Shown here in pieces: positions 27,853-38,345 of a stretch of DNA of 64,000 nt. The DNA comes from Planctomycetota bacterium (lineage in GTDB: Bacteria > Planctomycetota > PLA2 > JAEUHO01), in NCBI GenBank assembly GCA_965223505.1, contig CBDCWP010000041.1, positions 1 to 64,000 of the forward strand, in the 5' to 3' direction. The notes below the pieces were generated by a model that was given only the letters and a program-made list of their open reading frames with translations, ran no database searches and was not told the origin of the DNA. Within the stretch, counting starts at the first letter, position 1; the number at the start of each line of letters is the position of its first letter. The translations under genes were made by a program, and so were the position numbers.

Positions 27853-28656
27853 CTACGACGGGCGCGGTTCGCCGGGGAGCGCCGGCGGCTCGTGGACGAA
27901 CACCTCGAAGTCGCAGACATGCTCGAAACCCATCTTCATGCACAACGGGCCCGACGTCGTGGCCACCGCGTGGTTCGTCACGAGCGAAATGCCGAGCTCG
28001 CGCAGTCGCGCCATGCGCGCCAGCACCAGCCTTCGATACAGACCCCGCCGCTGGAACGACTTGCGCGTCGCGGCGCCCGAGAAGTGCGCAAAATCCTCGA
28101 CGCGGATGAAGGAGCCCGCCGAGGCCGGTTCGCCGTCCACGCGGGCAATGAAGGAGTACTCGCGTCGCGGCTCCTCCGCCAAACGCATCAGATGGACCTT
28201 CCGAAAGCGCGGCACGGCCTGGTCGGGCAGGCCGAACCCCTCCCGGTTCACGAGCAGCCAGTCTTCGACGAGACGCTCGTCCACCTCGACGATCTCGATG
28301 TCGTCGTCGGGCGGCGGGAAGTTCGCAGGGGCCGCCGTGACCCCTCGCAGCGTCTCGAAATGCGCGAACCCGTTCGCCATGAGCGCTTGGGGAAGGTCCA
28401 GTGGACGCGACGACGGCGTGATGATCCAACGAAACGGCAGGTTGTGATCATCGAAGTGCCGGATCGTCTCTTCGATCCGCGGCTGCACCTCGTCGGGTTC
28501 GAGAATCGACCGCAGCACGCCGTTTCGAAACTGCGTCGGTGCGCTGGGCTGGGTGTACCGCAGCCAGCTGTCGTCGCTCTCGAGCTGGAGGTCACCCAGG
28601 TCCTGCAGCTCGCAAAACGCCCGCTCGAGCTTGGCGATCTTGTCCTCGGGGGTCAC
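27853..28656 (-). CDS. GNAT family N-acetyltransferase
   Basis: C-terminal ATRKSFQRRGLY..LV and KMGF motifs; GTGA overlap with the upstream gene. Confidence 0.8.
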   Translation of the reverse strand: MTPEDKIAKLERAFCELQDLGDLQLESDDSWLRYTQPSAPTQFRNGVLRSILEPDEVQPRIEETIRHFDDHNLPFRWIITPSSRPLDLPQALMANGFAHFETLRGVTAAPANFPPPDDDIEIVEVDERLVEDWLLVNREGFGLPDQAVPRFRKVHLMRLAEEPRREYSFIARVDGEPASAGSFIRVEDFAHFSGAATRKSFQRRGLYRRLVLARMARLRELGISLVTNHAVATTSGPLCMKMGFEHVCDFEVFVHEPPALPGEPRPS

Positions 28657-29135
28657 GCCCTGTCCCAGACGACCTCGCCGCCCGGCGTGAAGTAGATGAA
28701 CAGCATCGTTCCCCCGGTCACCGTCGGGACGTGATGCGAGCCCGGCTCGAACACGACCCAGCCCGGGTCGAGCCCGTCGAACTTGGGGTCGCCCTCCCAC
28801 GGAAAGCACATGTTGATCTCGCCGCGGGTGTGCGTGTGGCCCATGCCCGCTCCGTTCTCCATGAGCACCGCGTCGACGGCATAGCCGCCCATGTCCTTCG
28901 CGAGCCGGCCGAACTTCACCTTCGGCCCGGCGTCGCGCGGCGCGAGCCATCCCTCCTCCAGCCCCTGTGCGCAGAGCTCGCGAATGCGACGCACCTGCGG
29001 CCCGTCGAACGGTAGGACCATCGACAGCTCGGCGGCTGCGCCGTCGCCGTCCTTCGCATCGACGCTGTCGATCTGGGGCAGGATCTCCTCGAGACACTCG
29101 GTCAACGCGGCCTGCGCCGCGGGAACATCGCTCAT
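28653..29135 (-). CDS. DUF4863 family (PnbB/hydroxylaminobenzoate lyase-like cupin)
   Basis: GLEEGWL, KFGR, VDAVLM, HTHTRGEINM, FDG, GWVVFEPGSHHVPTVTGG, YFTPGG. Confidence 0.75.
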   Translation of the reverse strand: MSDVPAAQAALTECLEEILPQIDSVDAKDGDGAAAELSMVLPFDGPQVRRIRELCAQGLEEGWLAPRDAGPKVKFGRLAKDMGGYAVDAVLMENGAGMGHTHTRGEINMCFPWEGDPKFDGLDPGWVVFEPGSHHVPTVTGGTMLFIYFTPGGEVVWDRA

Positions 29136-29139
29136 CTCT

Positions 29140-29793
29140 CTACACCTCGCTCGTTGGACCCGGTGAACGCTCGATCAATACCGCGCGGACCGGACTTCCG
29201 TCCGCGCCCTCGATCCGAAGCGGCAGCGCGACCAGTTCGTACCGCCCGGGGGCGACATTCGACAGGTCGATGCCCTCCAGGATCGCGATGCCGTTCGCGT
29301 TCAAACGCCTGTGGGCGGGAAGCTCCTTCGACTCGAAGGCATCCATCGAGTCCGTGTCGATCCCGAGCAACACGACGCCGTGCTCCGAGAGCCAGTCGGC
29401 GAGCTCGGGTGTGGCGTGCGCCATGCCCTCGTCGAACCCGTCGGGCCGGCGCTTGTAGGAGCGCAGGAGCACGCGCGTGCAGGCCGCGGCGTCGGCGGCC
29501 AACCCCTCCGGCAAGTGTGCAGGCAGGATGCCGCGGTCGTCCGGACGCACGTCGGCGACGATGCACGGGCCGACGTACTTCTCGAGCGGCACGTTGGCTG
29601 CGTCGACACCGTCGTCGTCGAAGTGAAGCGGCGCGTCGATGTGCGCGCCGGTGTGCACGCTCATCTCGATCCGGCCCACGTTGACCGACGAGCCCTCCGA
29701 GATCTTGGCGACGAGCTCGAAGTCGAAGTTCGTGTCGCCCGGCCAAACCGGGATCTCCTTGCGGATCGGTCGGCTGATGTCGTGGATCTTCAT
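29140..29793 (-). CDS. kynB: arylformamidase (kynurenine formamidase), cyclase family
   Basis: DIS, WPGD, HTGAHIDAPLHF, GIDTDSMD, ILEG, YELVALPL, DGSPVRAVL; adjacent to kynureninase. Confidence 0.88.
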   Translation of the reverse strand: MKIHDISRPIRKEIPVWPGDTNFDFELVAKISEGSSVNVGRIEMSVHTGAHIDAPLHFDDDGVDAANVPLEKYVGPCIVADVRPDDRGILPAHLPEGLAADAAACTRVLLRSYKRRPDGFDEGMAHATPELADWLSEHGVVLLGIDTDSMDAFESKELPAHRRLNANGIAILEGIDLSNVAPGRYELVALPLRIEGADGSPVRAVLIERSPGPTSEV

Positions 29794-29797
29794 GGCG

Positions 29798-30994
29798 CTA
29801 CGTGACGGTCGCCTTCGTGCCCGCGTGCTGTTGCCACGCGCCGGTCGCGAGGATGTCCTCGATCTCGCGCACGGCGCGCTCGCACTCTTCGTCGGTGTTG
29901 TAGAAGTGCGGCGACACACGGATGCCTGCGCCCGGCCGGTAGTCGACGATCACCTCGCGGCGCAGCAGCTCCAGCTTCACCTCGTACGCGTTCGGAACGT
30001 CAATGGCGACGGTGCCGCCGCGGCGCTGCGGATCCTCGGGCGCGGTGACGTTCCACCCGCGTTCCTTGGCCGCGTCGACGAGGTACGCCGTCTGGCGCAT
30101 GCTCTTCTCGCGCACGGCGTCGGCGCCGGCCTCGAGGAGGATGCGCGGCCCCGCCTGCGCGGCGTACAACGCCGGCACGTTCGGCGTGCCGTTCTGGAAG
30201 CGGTACGCGCCGTCTGCGTACCGCATGGGCGGCGCTGCGAAGTCGAACGGCGCCGGATGCGCCATCCAGCCGGTGAGCTTCGGCTCCAGCGTGTTCACGA
30301 GGTCGGGCCGCACGTAGAGGAACACACCGCCCGGTCCGCCGCACAGCCACTTGAGCACGCCGCCGACCAGGAACGAGCAGCCCAGGTCTCGGACGTCCAC
30401 CGGCACGGTGCCGACCGACTGGAAGGCGTCGAGCAACACGTGCGCACCGACCTCGGCCGCTCGGTCGCAGATGGCCTTGGCATCCTGGATGTACGCGCTT
30501 CGAAAGAGCACGTGGCTGATCGGGACGAGCTGCGTGCGCTCGTCGATGGCATCGATGACGGCCTCGGTCGGGACGCCGACGCCGTCCGGCGACTTCACGA
30601 CGTCGATCTGCGCGCCGAGCTGGCGCGCGTAGCCCTCGTACATGTACTGAACGGACGGGAAATTCATGTCCGTGTACACGACGCGGTTGCGCGGCCCCGT
30701 CCAGTCGAAGCACGAAACGACGATCGCCTGCGCGAGCGTGACGTTCTGATGCATCGAGACGGTGCCCGGAGGCGCGTTGAACAGACGGCCGATCAGGTCT
30801 CCCACCTGCCCCGGCAAGCTCCACCAGTGCTCGGCCCAGGCCCGTACGCCGCGTTCGGTCCACGTGTCGGCGTAGTCCTCGAGACCGGCGACGGCGCCCC
30901 TCGGCATCGCGCCGAGGGAGTTGGAGATGAGGTAGGTGCTCTTCTCGAGCGTGGGGAATTCGCAGCGGAAACGGAGCAGGGGGTCCGAGGTCAC
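29798..30994 (-). CDS. kynU: kynureninase (PLP-dependent, aminotransferase class V)
   Basis: DPL..FR.EF, YLISNSLGAMP, NFPS, DAFQSVG, GGVLKWLCGGPG, TGWMAH, RGG, VDYRP. Confidence 0.85.
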   Translation of the reverse strand: MTSDPLLRFRCEFPTLEKSTYLISNSLGAMPRGAVAGLEDYADTWTERGVRAWAEHWWSLPGQVGDLIGRLFNAPPGTVSMHQNVTLAQAIVVSCFDWTGPRNRVVYTDMNFPSVQYMYEGYARQLGAQIDVVKSPDGVGVPTEAVIDAIDERTQLVPISHVLFRSAYIQDAKAICDRAAEVGAHVLLDAFQSVGTVPVDVRDLGCSFLVGGVLKWLCGGPGGVFLYVRPDLVNTLEPKLTGWMAHPAPFDFAAPPMRYADGAYRFQNGTPNVPALYAAQAGPRILLEAGADAVREKSMRQTAYLVDAAKERGWNVTAPEDPQRRGGTVAIDVPNAYEVKLELLRREVIVDYRPGAGIRVSPHFYNTDEECERAVREIEDILATGAWQQHAGTKATVT

Positions 30995-31091
30995 GTGTGG
31001 GAAGTCCTGCGGGGCAACGGGGTTACGATTTTGGCCGAAACCAAGCATACCTGCCGCGCGTCAAACGGCGTGTTTGGGCGTTAGGATGCAT

Positions 31092-31883
31092 ATGGCGATG
31101 TCCAGAACCCGCAGCTTCTCGCCCGTCACCCTGCTGGCCCTCCTCCTTTGCTTCGGCCTCGCCGCCCCCGCGTGGGCGGGTTCCGAGGAGGCCGCCCGCA
31201 AGAATGCGATCAAGGGCCTCGGCAAGAAGCTCAAGAAGCTCGCGAAGGATCCGCGCGTCGAGAAGAAGCAGCCCGAGGTGATGAAGGTGCTCGAGAGCCT
31301 CGAGACGCTGGGCGGCCACGAGGCCGGCCGGGCGGCGCTGTACGGCGTCCCGATCGACATCGAGCCCATCCGCGACCGCATCTTCACGTTCGTCGAGAAG
31401 GTCCACCACAAGGATCTGGTGAAGCCGTTGGTGGAGATCATCAATCCGAAGAACAAGACCTTCCGGCGCGACGCAGACGCCAAGGCGCGCACGGCGCACG
31501 CGCTGTCGGTCGTGGCCGATCCGAAGGCGATCGAGCCGTTGAGCGCACTGATTCGAACCGACGAGGACAACGAGGTGGTCGCGAGCGCCGCGGACGCGCT
31601 GGCTACCTTCGCCGGCGCGGAGCTGAAGGACCGCAAGATCGCGGTCAAGGAGCTCGTGGACGTTCTCGAGAGCACGTACAACCTCGCGCACTCGTTCAAC
31701 CCGGACCACATCAAGCTCAAGAGCCACTACCAGAAGAAGTGGCGCGCCTACGGCAAGTCGGTGCGCGCCGCCCTGCAGTCTCTCACAGGCCAGCAGCTGA
31801 CGCGGCCACAGGAGTGGCGCCGCTGGTGGAACGACTACAAGAAGGCCAAGAGTTGGAAGGACGCGAAGCCGCGCGACAAGTAG
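31092..31883 (+). CDS. secreted HEAT-repeat protein
   Basis: Signal peptide; ADPKAIEPLSALI, VVASAADALA; C-terminal ALQSLTGQQLTRPQEWRRWW. Confidence 0.8.
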   Translation: MAMSRTRSFSPVTLLALLLCFGLAAPAWAGSEEAARKNAIKGLGKKLKKLAKDPRVEKKQPEVMKVLESLETLGGHEAGRAALYGVPIDIEPIRDRIFTFVEKVHHKDLVKPLVEIINPKNKTFRRDADAKARTAHALSVVADPKAIEPLSALIRTDEDNEVVASAADALATFAGAELKDRKIAVKELVDVLESTYNLAHSFNPDHIKLKSHYQKKWRAYGKSVRAALQSLTGQQLTRPQEWRRWWNDYKKAKSWKDAKPRDK

Positions 31884-31981
31884 GGGCGGCTCCCGAGTCC
31901 CGCGTCCCGATGCGCTGCCGGCGTCGCTTGCACGAGCGCGGGAAGCGGAATGCGGGACACGGAAAACGGGAGACGGCCGGT

Positions 31982-32391
31982 GGTGCGACCGGGCCTATAA
32001 GCCGGATCCTGTACGGATTGCTCCGTGATGACCATCGATCTAGGGCCGCCGTTGCCGACGGCCTCGAACGACCTACCCGGAAGTTTGACGGTACGGGCCG
32101 CACCGTGGACTCCGAGGAGCCCTTCTTCCCTATTTGGCCTTTCTCCAAGAGGGGCTTGCCGTGCCGTCGACGTCGCCGCCGACGCGGTGGGCTCTTACCC
32201 CACCGTTTCACCCTTGCCTGTGCCCTTCGACGCGCCCCTCGCGGGGTGCGCTTCGGGACCATCGGCGGTTTGCTCTCTGTTGCGCTTTCCCTGGGCTCGC
32301 GCCCGGTGGGCGTTACCCACCTCTTCGCCCTATGGAGCCCGGACTTTCCTCGGGACCCGAGGGCCCCGCGATCATCCAGCCTGGTCGCACC
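31982..32391 (-). ncRNA. rnpB: RNase P RNA (class A)
   Basis: Minus strand has GAGGAAAGTCCGGGCTCC near the 5' end and ACAGGATCCGGCTTA near the 3' end; P1 helix GGTGCGACC/GGTCGCACC. Confidence 0.95.
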
Positions 32392-32574
32392 GGGATTCTA
32401 ACGCAGTGCCGACGGAGAGGTTCATGCCCCCGGACTGTGAGCGTCGAGCGCCCACGAGCCGCCTCTTCCCGGCGGCGCGTCGGGGCGAAGGCAGCGCGTA
32501 GCGATCCGAGACGACGCGTGGTCTGCCACGCGAGGAGCGGATGGCATGGCGAAGCCGAGCATCCGTCGCGCCGC

Positions 32575-33282
32575 CTACTGGAGGAGCATGACGTTGCAGG
32601 CGCGACAGTAGACGATGCGCGCGCGGTTCTGAACGGCGTAGACGTCGTTGCGCGTCTGCGGCTCGCCGCATGCGCGGCAGTACTGGCCTTCGAGCGACGA
32701 CGCGCCGCGTCCGCGCGCCTTGCGCACGCGCTCGTATTGCCTGAGGTGCTCTTCCGGCAGCCCCTCGAGGTACTTGGGGCGCTCCGCGAGCAGCGCCTCT
32801 CGCTGCTGCTTGATGTCGGCCTGCTTCGAGTCGATCTCGCCCTGCGTGGCGGTGACGCGGTCGACCTGCCGCTGACGCTCCTCGTTGAGCTCTCCGATCT
32901 TCGCGTCCGCCTGCTCGACGACCGCGAGAATCTTCAGGATCTCGCCTTGGAGCCGGTCGCACTCGCCCTGCGCGTTCGCGATCTCGCTCTTGAAGGCGAC
33001 GAACTCCTTGTTCGAGCGCACCTCGGAGCTCTGCTCCTTGAGCTTCGCGATCTTCTGCTCCTTGAACTTCAGGTCGTTCTCACGGAGCTTGATCTGCGCC
33101 TTGAGGATCTTGGCGCGGTCGTCGACGGCCTTGATCTTGCCGTCCACCTCGGTGACGGACTTGCGATGGTCCTTCAACGCCGCCGGTGCGCGGCTGAGCT
33201 CTTTGTCGAGGCGCAGGATCTTGAGGTCGAACTCCTGCAGAGCTCTGAACTTCTCGATGACCTCGTTCATGGTGGCCGTCAT
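32575..33282 (-). CDS. coiled-coil protein with C4-type zinc ribbon (DUF164/CT398-like)
   Basis: LQEFD, long coiled coil, YERVRK, CRAC...CRAC. Confidence 0.88.
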   Translation of the reverse strand: MTATMNEVIEKFRALQEFDLKILRLDKELSRAPAALKDHRKSVTEVDGKIKAVDDRAKILKAQIKLRENDLKFKEQKIAKLKEQSSEVRSNKEFVAFKSEIANAQGECDRLQGEILKILAVVEQADAKIGELNEERQRQVDRVTATQGEIDSKQADIKQQREALLAERPKYLEGLPEEHLRQYERVRKARGRGASSLEGQYCRACGEPQTRNDVYAVQNRARIVYCRACNVMLLQ

Positions 33283-33506
33283 TCAGCGTGAACCTGAAAA
33301 CCCGGGGCGAACCCACAGGTGTAGCAGGATGACCGGAGGCGTAAAGGGTTCGCCCGGGCCCAAAATTGGGAGTGGGCGAGTCCACGGCCTCGCGCGGAAG
33401 TACGGCTCACCCGCGACTCGGCGGCGCTTCGGCGGCCCCGTTGCTTTCGTCGCCGCCCCCGGCGGGACGTCGGGTCGGAGGTGGCCGATGTCGGCAGCGG
33501 AAGACG

Positions 33507-35198
33507 CTAGGTCTCCAGGAACCCCTCCAGCTTGCGCGCCCGGACCGGGTGCTGGAGCTTGCGAACGGCCTTGGCCTCGATCTGGCGCACGCGCTCGCGC
33601 GTGACCTTGAAGATCTTGCCGACCTCCTCCAGCGTGTAGGTGTAGCCGTCGCCGATGCCGTACCGCAGCTTGATGATCTCGCGTTCGCGGAACGTCAGGG
33701 TCTGGAGGACCTGGTCGATCTTGTCCTTCAGCATCTCGTGCGTCGCGGCGTTGACCGGGCTCTCCGCGTGCTCGTCCTCGATGAAGTCGCCGAAGTAGCT
33801 GTCGTCGGAGTCGCCGATCGGCCGGTCGAGGCTGATCGGGTGCTTGCTGATCTTCATCACCCGCTTGGTCTCTTCGACGCTGATGCCGCTGGCGTTCGCG
33901 ATCTCGTCGATCGTCGGCTCGCGGCCCATCTTCTGGATCAGCTTCTTGGTGACGTTCCGGATCTTCGACATCGTCTCGATCATGTGGACCGGGATGCGGA
34001 TCGTCCGCGCCTGGTCGGCGATCGAGCGAGTGATCGCCTGGCGAATCCACCACGTGGCGTAGGTGCTGAACTTGTAGCCGCGGCGGTACTCGTACTTCTC
34101 GACCGCCTTCATGAGGCCCGTGTTGCCCTCCTGGATCAGGTCCAGGAACGTGAGACCGCGGTTGCGGTACTTCTTGGCGATCGAGACGACTAGACGCAGG
34201 TTGCCGCTCGACAGCTTGCGCTTGGCCTCTTCGTACTCCGCGAACCGATAGCGGATGTCGTTGCAGCGATCGATGAACTCGTCCACCGACTCCAGGCTCG
34301 TGATCGCGATCTCTTCCAGGCGCTCTTCCGCTTCCTTGATCTCCTCGGGATCGCCGCTGCGGCGCTTCAGATCGCGGATCCGGCGGCGCAGCTCGCGGAT
34401 CTCCTGACCCAGCTCGAAGGACTCCTCGTGGACCGGCCGGATCTTCTTGGTCTGGATGGAGACCTCCTCGAGCATCTTCAGCGCCTTGAGCCGACGGCTG
34501 CCGAGGTTGTACTGGATCCGCTCGCGCTCCTTGTCGCTGGTCTTGTCGTCGCTGAGCGCGATCATGTCGAGCTGCATGGAGTGCAGCAGCTTCTCGAGCG
34601 TGCGCAGGTTGTTCGGCATGCGCTTTTGAAGGTCGTCCTTGTCGACGGGATCCGCCGTGCCGATCCGCAACGTGCGGTCGAAGGCGAGGTCGCCGCGCGC
34701 GACCTCCTGCAAGATGCGAATGGCGGCGGCGATGCCGGTGCCGCTCTCCAGGACGCGATGGCGGTACCGCTTGCGCGTGATCTCGATCTTCTTGGAGAGG
34801 CTGATCTCCTCGTCGCGCGTCAGCAGCGGGATCTCGCCCATCTGCGTCAGGTACATGCGCACGGGATCGTCGATCTTCTCGGTCGTGATCGGCAGATCCA
34901 GCGCGCTCTCGCCGTCGGCGTCGCCGTCGAGATCGGGCAGCTCGCCGCGTGCGAGCGCCGCCGCCCGCTCACGCCGTTCCGCGACACCGCCGTCGATGAT
35001 CTCGATGTTCTCGAGGTCCATCGTCTGGAGGATGCGGTCCATCATCGCGGGGCAGGGCGCCAGCTCCGGCTCCGCGGTGTTGAGCTCCTCGTACGTGAGA
35101 TAGCCCCGCTTGCGGCCGGTCTCGATGAGGGCCGTGATCTCGGCTTCCGTCTCGTCGAGCGGGCTCGGGGGGACGAAGGGGTCGACACGTCTCGTCAT
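33507..35198 (-). CDS. rpoD: RNA polymerase primary sigma factor RpoD
   Basis: [69 protein letters not shown] overlap with dnaG. Confidence 0.97.
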   Translation of the reverse strand: MTRRVDPFVPPSPLDETEAEITALIETGRKRGYLTYEELNTAEPELAPCPAMMDRILQTMDLENIEIIDGGVAERRERAAALARGELPDLDGDADGESALDLPITTEKIDDPVRMYLTQMGEIPLLTRDEEISLSKKIEITRKRYRHRVLESGTGIAAAIRILQEVARGDLAFDRTLRIGTADPVDKDDLQKRMPNNLRTLEKLLHSMQLDMIALSDDKTSDKERERIQYNLGSRRLKALKMLEEVSIQTKKIRPVHEESFELGQEIRELRRRIRDLKRRSGDPEEIKEAEERLEEIAITSLESVDEFIDRCNDIRYRFAEYEEAKRKLSSGNLRLVVSIAKKYRNRGLTFLDLIQEGNTGLMKAVEKYEYRRGYKFSTYATWWIRQAITRSIADQARTIRIPVHMIETMSKIRNVTKKLIQKMGREPTIDEIANASGISVEETKRVMKISKHPISLDRPIGDSDDSYFGDFIEDEHAESPVNAATHEMLKDKIDQVLQTLTFREREIIKLRYGIGDGYTYTLEEVGKIFKVTRERVRQIEAKAVRKLQHPVRARKLEGFLET

Positions 35199-37183
35199 TC
35201 GTTGGACTCCATGCGGCCTTCCGTGACCGACCTGCTCACAGGCGCGTCCACGGACAGCTTGTCTTCCAGGGGGGCGGTCGGGGACGAGTCCACGACCTCC
35301 CATTCGGGCTCGGGCGCGAGGGTTTCGACGTCCTCGGCGGGCGTCAGGTTCCCGGTCGGGCCCGCGTCCGCCTCGGGGGCCGGAGCCCCTTCCACAGGCG
35401 GAATCGGACTCGGACTCGTTTCGCCCGCGACCTGTCGCACCAGGTTCGTGAAGTGGTCCTGCTGCCTGCGGTGGCGGCGCGACTGCTCGAGGTGCTCGAT
35501 GGCGCGCGTCACGCGCTCCTCGAGCGTCGGGTCGGGCTCGGGAAGCGCCGAGAGCGTGCTCGCCGCCTCGTCGTCGTTCGCAAACCGCCCAATGAGCGTA
35601 TGCACGTTCACGGTGGGTTCGTCGTCCGTCGCCCCTGCCTCGCCGCCTGCCTCGTCGATCTCGAGCACGGCGTTATAGAGGCGCCTCGTGACCGGAAGGG
35701 TGAAATGCTCGGGTCCCACGGCGTTGAAAACGCGATCCTTGAGCTGCGGGAGGAACAGCACGCCGGCCAGCAGCAGCAGCTCGACCTGTCGCTGGGACTC
35801 GGGGCGCAGCTCGGCCGCGGGGTCCGCGGACGCGCCGGCGGCGCGCGCCGGCGCCCGGCGGCTCCTGGACGTCGGCGTCCCGCCCATGCGTCGCACCGCC
35901 TCCCTGCGCAGCAGCGCCTCGGCGTCCGGGCCGCCCATGCGCTCGCCCAGGCGGCGGAAGAGCAGGTCGCGCTCGAGCTGGCTCTTGACCTTCGTGATGA
36001 GCGGCGTGAGCTCCTCGGCGGCGGCCGCGAGGTTGCGCGGCGTATCGAGGCCGCCCAGGCGCTCGGAGAGCGTGGCCAGCTTGAAATCGAAGAACTCGAG
36101 CGAGTCGTCGAGGACGGCCTGGAACGCCGGCGCGCCGTCCTCCAACAGGATCTCGTCGACGTCGCGGCCTTCGGGCAGCAGCGCGATGCGGACCTCCAGG
36201 CCTTCGCTGAGCAGCACGTCGAGCGCGCGCTCCGCCGCGACCCTGCCCGCGTCGTCGCTGTCGTAGACGAGCACGACGCGGCCGGCCGCCCGCCGCAGGA
36301 GCGCCGCCTGACGGTCGGTGAACGCGGTGCCCATGCCGGCGACGGCGTTCTCGAAGCCGTGCATGCGCGCCATGAGGACGTCGGTGTAGCCCTCCATGAG
36401 CAGCGCCTCGCCGGCGCGCGCGATGTGCAACCGAGCGTGATCCAGCCCGTAGAGCAGGTTGGACTTCTTGAAGACCGGCGTCTCGGGACCGTTGAGATAC
36501 TTCGGCGTGTCCTCGGCAAGCAGCGCGCGCGCGCCGAACGTGACGACGCGCCCTTGCAGATCGCGGATCGGGAAGATCACGCGGTTGCGGAAACGATCGT
36601 AGTGCCCGTTGCGCTCCTTGCGCTCCTGCACGAGCCCGGCTTCGAACAGCACGTCGGCCTTGATGCCGCGGCGCGTCGCCGCTTCGAGCAGCCGGTCCCA
36701 GCCGGGCGGCGCGAAGCCGAGTTCGAACGCGTCGACGGCGCTCTCCTCGTAGCCGCGCTGGGTCAGGTACGCGCGGGCCTGCGCGCCGTCCCCGCCCTTC
36801 AGCTGCGCGACGAAGAAGCTCTGCGCGAAGTCGAGCGCCTGCCGCAAGCGTTGCATGCGCCCGCGGTCCTCCTGCGCACCGCTCACCGACGGCACCTCGA
36901 TGGCGCGTTCATCGGCCAGCATGCGAACAGCGTCCGGGAACGTCATTCCCTGGTGCTTCATCAGGAACGTGAAGACGTTGCCGCCCTCGCCGCAACCGAA
37001 GCACTTGAACGTCTGGCGGTCCGGGTTGACCGTGAACGACGGCGTCTTCTCGTCGTGAAACGGACACAGTCCCTTGAACGCGCGGCCCGCCTGCTTGAGC
37101 TCGACGTAGCGGCCGACGACCTCCTGCACGTCGTGCGCCTGGCGCACCTGCTCGATGACGTGTTCGGGAATGAGAGACGCCAT
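35195..37183 (-). CDS. dnaG: DNA primase
   Basis: [46 protein letters not shown]. Confidence 0.96.
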   Translation of the reverse strand: MASLIPEHVIEQVRQAHDVQEVVGRYVELKQAGRAFKGLCPFHDEKTPSFTVNPDRQTFKCFGCGEGGNVFTFLMKHQGMTFPDAVRMLADERAIEVPSVSGAQEDRGRMQRLRQALDFAQSFFVAQLKGGDGAQARAYLTQRGYEESAVDAFELGFAPPGWDRLLEAATRRGIKADVLFEAGLVQERKERNGHYDRFRNRVIFPIRDLQGRVVTFGARALLAEDTPKYLNGPETPVFKKSNLLYGLDHARLHIARAGEALLMEGYTDVLMARMHGFENAVAGMGTAFTDRQAALLRRAAGRVVLVYDSDDAGRVAAERALDVLLSEGLEVRIALLPEGRDVDEILLEDGAPAFQAVLDDSLEFFDFKLATLSERLGGLDTPRNLAAAAEELTPLITKVKSQLERDLLFRRLGERMGGPDAEALLRREAVRRMGGTPTSRSRRAPARAAGASADPAAELRPESQRQVELLLLAGVLFLPQLKDRVFNAVGPEHFTLPVTRRLYNAVLEIDEAGGEAGATDDEPTVNVHTLIGRFANDDEAASTLSALPEPDPTLEERVTRAIEHLEQSRRHRRQQDHFTNLVRQVAGETSPSPIPPVEGAPAPEADAGPTGNLTPAEDVETLAPEPEWEVVDSSPTAPLEDKLSVDAPVSRSVTEGRMESNE

Positions 37184-37460
37184 GCGTTGTCTACGCGCTC
37201 CGAAAAGGCCGTCGTCGACCACGCACGCACCGTTCGGGAAAGCCCGGACAGAACGAGAGCCGTGGATGACGACGAGGGGGGTGCCGCGCGCGACGATCGC
37301 GGACCATCAGTCCCAAGGGCGGCCGCATCTCACCAACTCGTGCGAAACGACGGGATGCTGGCCTGGCGCCGGTTCACGGCGGGACTGTCCGGCTTCGTGC
37401 CGCAAGGCGCGAAATTATACTCCTTCCGATGGACGCCCCCCCATCGTGCGCGAGAGAGCG

Positions 37461-38345
37461 TTAGTTCGCTGCTTGGCTGCGAACGGCGCGCCAGAGCGCC
37501 AGCAGGCGGCCCGGCTCGACCTCCTGAACGCGGCCGGCGGGGTCGATGCCCGCGCCGTCGAGCAGCGCCCGCGCGCCGGCGGCATCGACATCCGGCGCGG
37601 CCGCTCGGAGCGCCGTCGTGAGCACCTTGCGCCGCCGCGTGAAGAGCGCCGTGACGAACGCGCCGAACGGGCGCTGCTCCTCGGGTGCAAGGTCGGGCGG
37701 CCGCAGCGGCGCCAGCCGCAGCAGCGCCGAATGGACCCTGGGGCGCGGCCAGAACACCGACGGTGAGAAGCGGCGCAGCACCGCGCCGGTCGCGTTGGCG
37801 CCGACGAGCACGGACGGCGCGCCGTAGTTCGTCGATCCGGCGCGGGCGAGCATCTTCTCCGCCACCTCGAGCTGGACCATGACCGTGATCTGATCGGGCG
37901 GGCGCGGCAGACCGAGCACCCCGATCAGGACCGGCGTCGCGACCGAATACGGCAGGTTGCTGACCATGAGCAGCCGGCCGTCGGCGGGCGGGTCGAAGGC
38001 GGCCGCGAACGCGGGCGCCAACTCGTGCTTGGACGCGAGCACGTCCAGCTCGTGGAACACGACGGTCGCGGGCCAGTCCCGAAGCTGCTTGGCCAGGTCC
38101 TGCAGCTTGCCGTCGACGTCGAAGGTCTGAACGCGGGCGCCGGTCTCGCAGAGCACGTTGGTCAGGATGCCCGGGCCGGTCCCGACCTCGACGACGACGT
38201 CGTCGGGGCCCACGTCGGCGTCGCGAGCGATCGCGTCCACGGCCTGCGCGTCGGTGAGAAAGCACTGCCCATGCATCTTGCGCGGACGCAGGCCGTGTCG
38301 TTCCAGCGCCGCTCGAAGCGCCGCGGTGTTGCGCGGAAAGGTCAC
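37461..38345 (-). CDS. rsmA: 16S rRNA (A1518/A1519) dimethyltransferase
   Basis: GQCFL, VEVGTGPGILT, SNLPYSVAT, MVQLEVA, FWPRPRVHS, RRK. Confidence 0.92.
   Translation of the reverse strand: MTFPRNTAALRAALERHGLRPRKMHGQCFLTDAQAVDAIARDADVGPDDVVVEVGTGPGILTNVLCETGARVQTFDVDGKLQDLAKQLRDWPATVVFHELDVLASKHELAPAFAAAFDPPADGRLLMVSNLPYSVATPVLIGVLGLPRPPDQITVMVQLEVAEKMLARAGSTNYGAPSVLVGANATGAVLRRFSPSVFWPRPRVHSALLRLAPLRPPDLAPEEQRPFGAFVTALFTRRRKVLTTALRAAAPDVDAAGARALLDGAGIDPAGRVQEVEPGRLLALWRAVRSQAAN

Noticed and set aside
31783..32501. ORFs predicted across 31.8-32.5 kb
   Set aside because: They overlap the RNase P RNA gene and are spurious.
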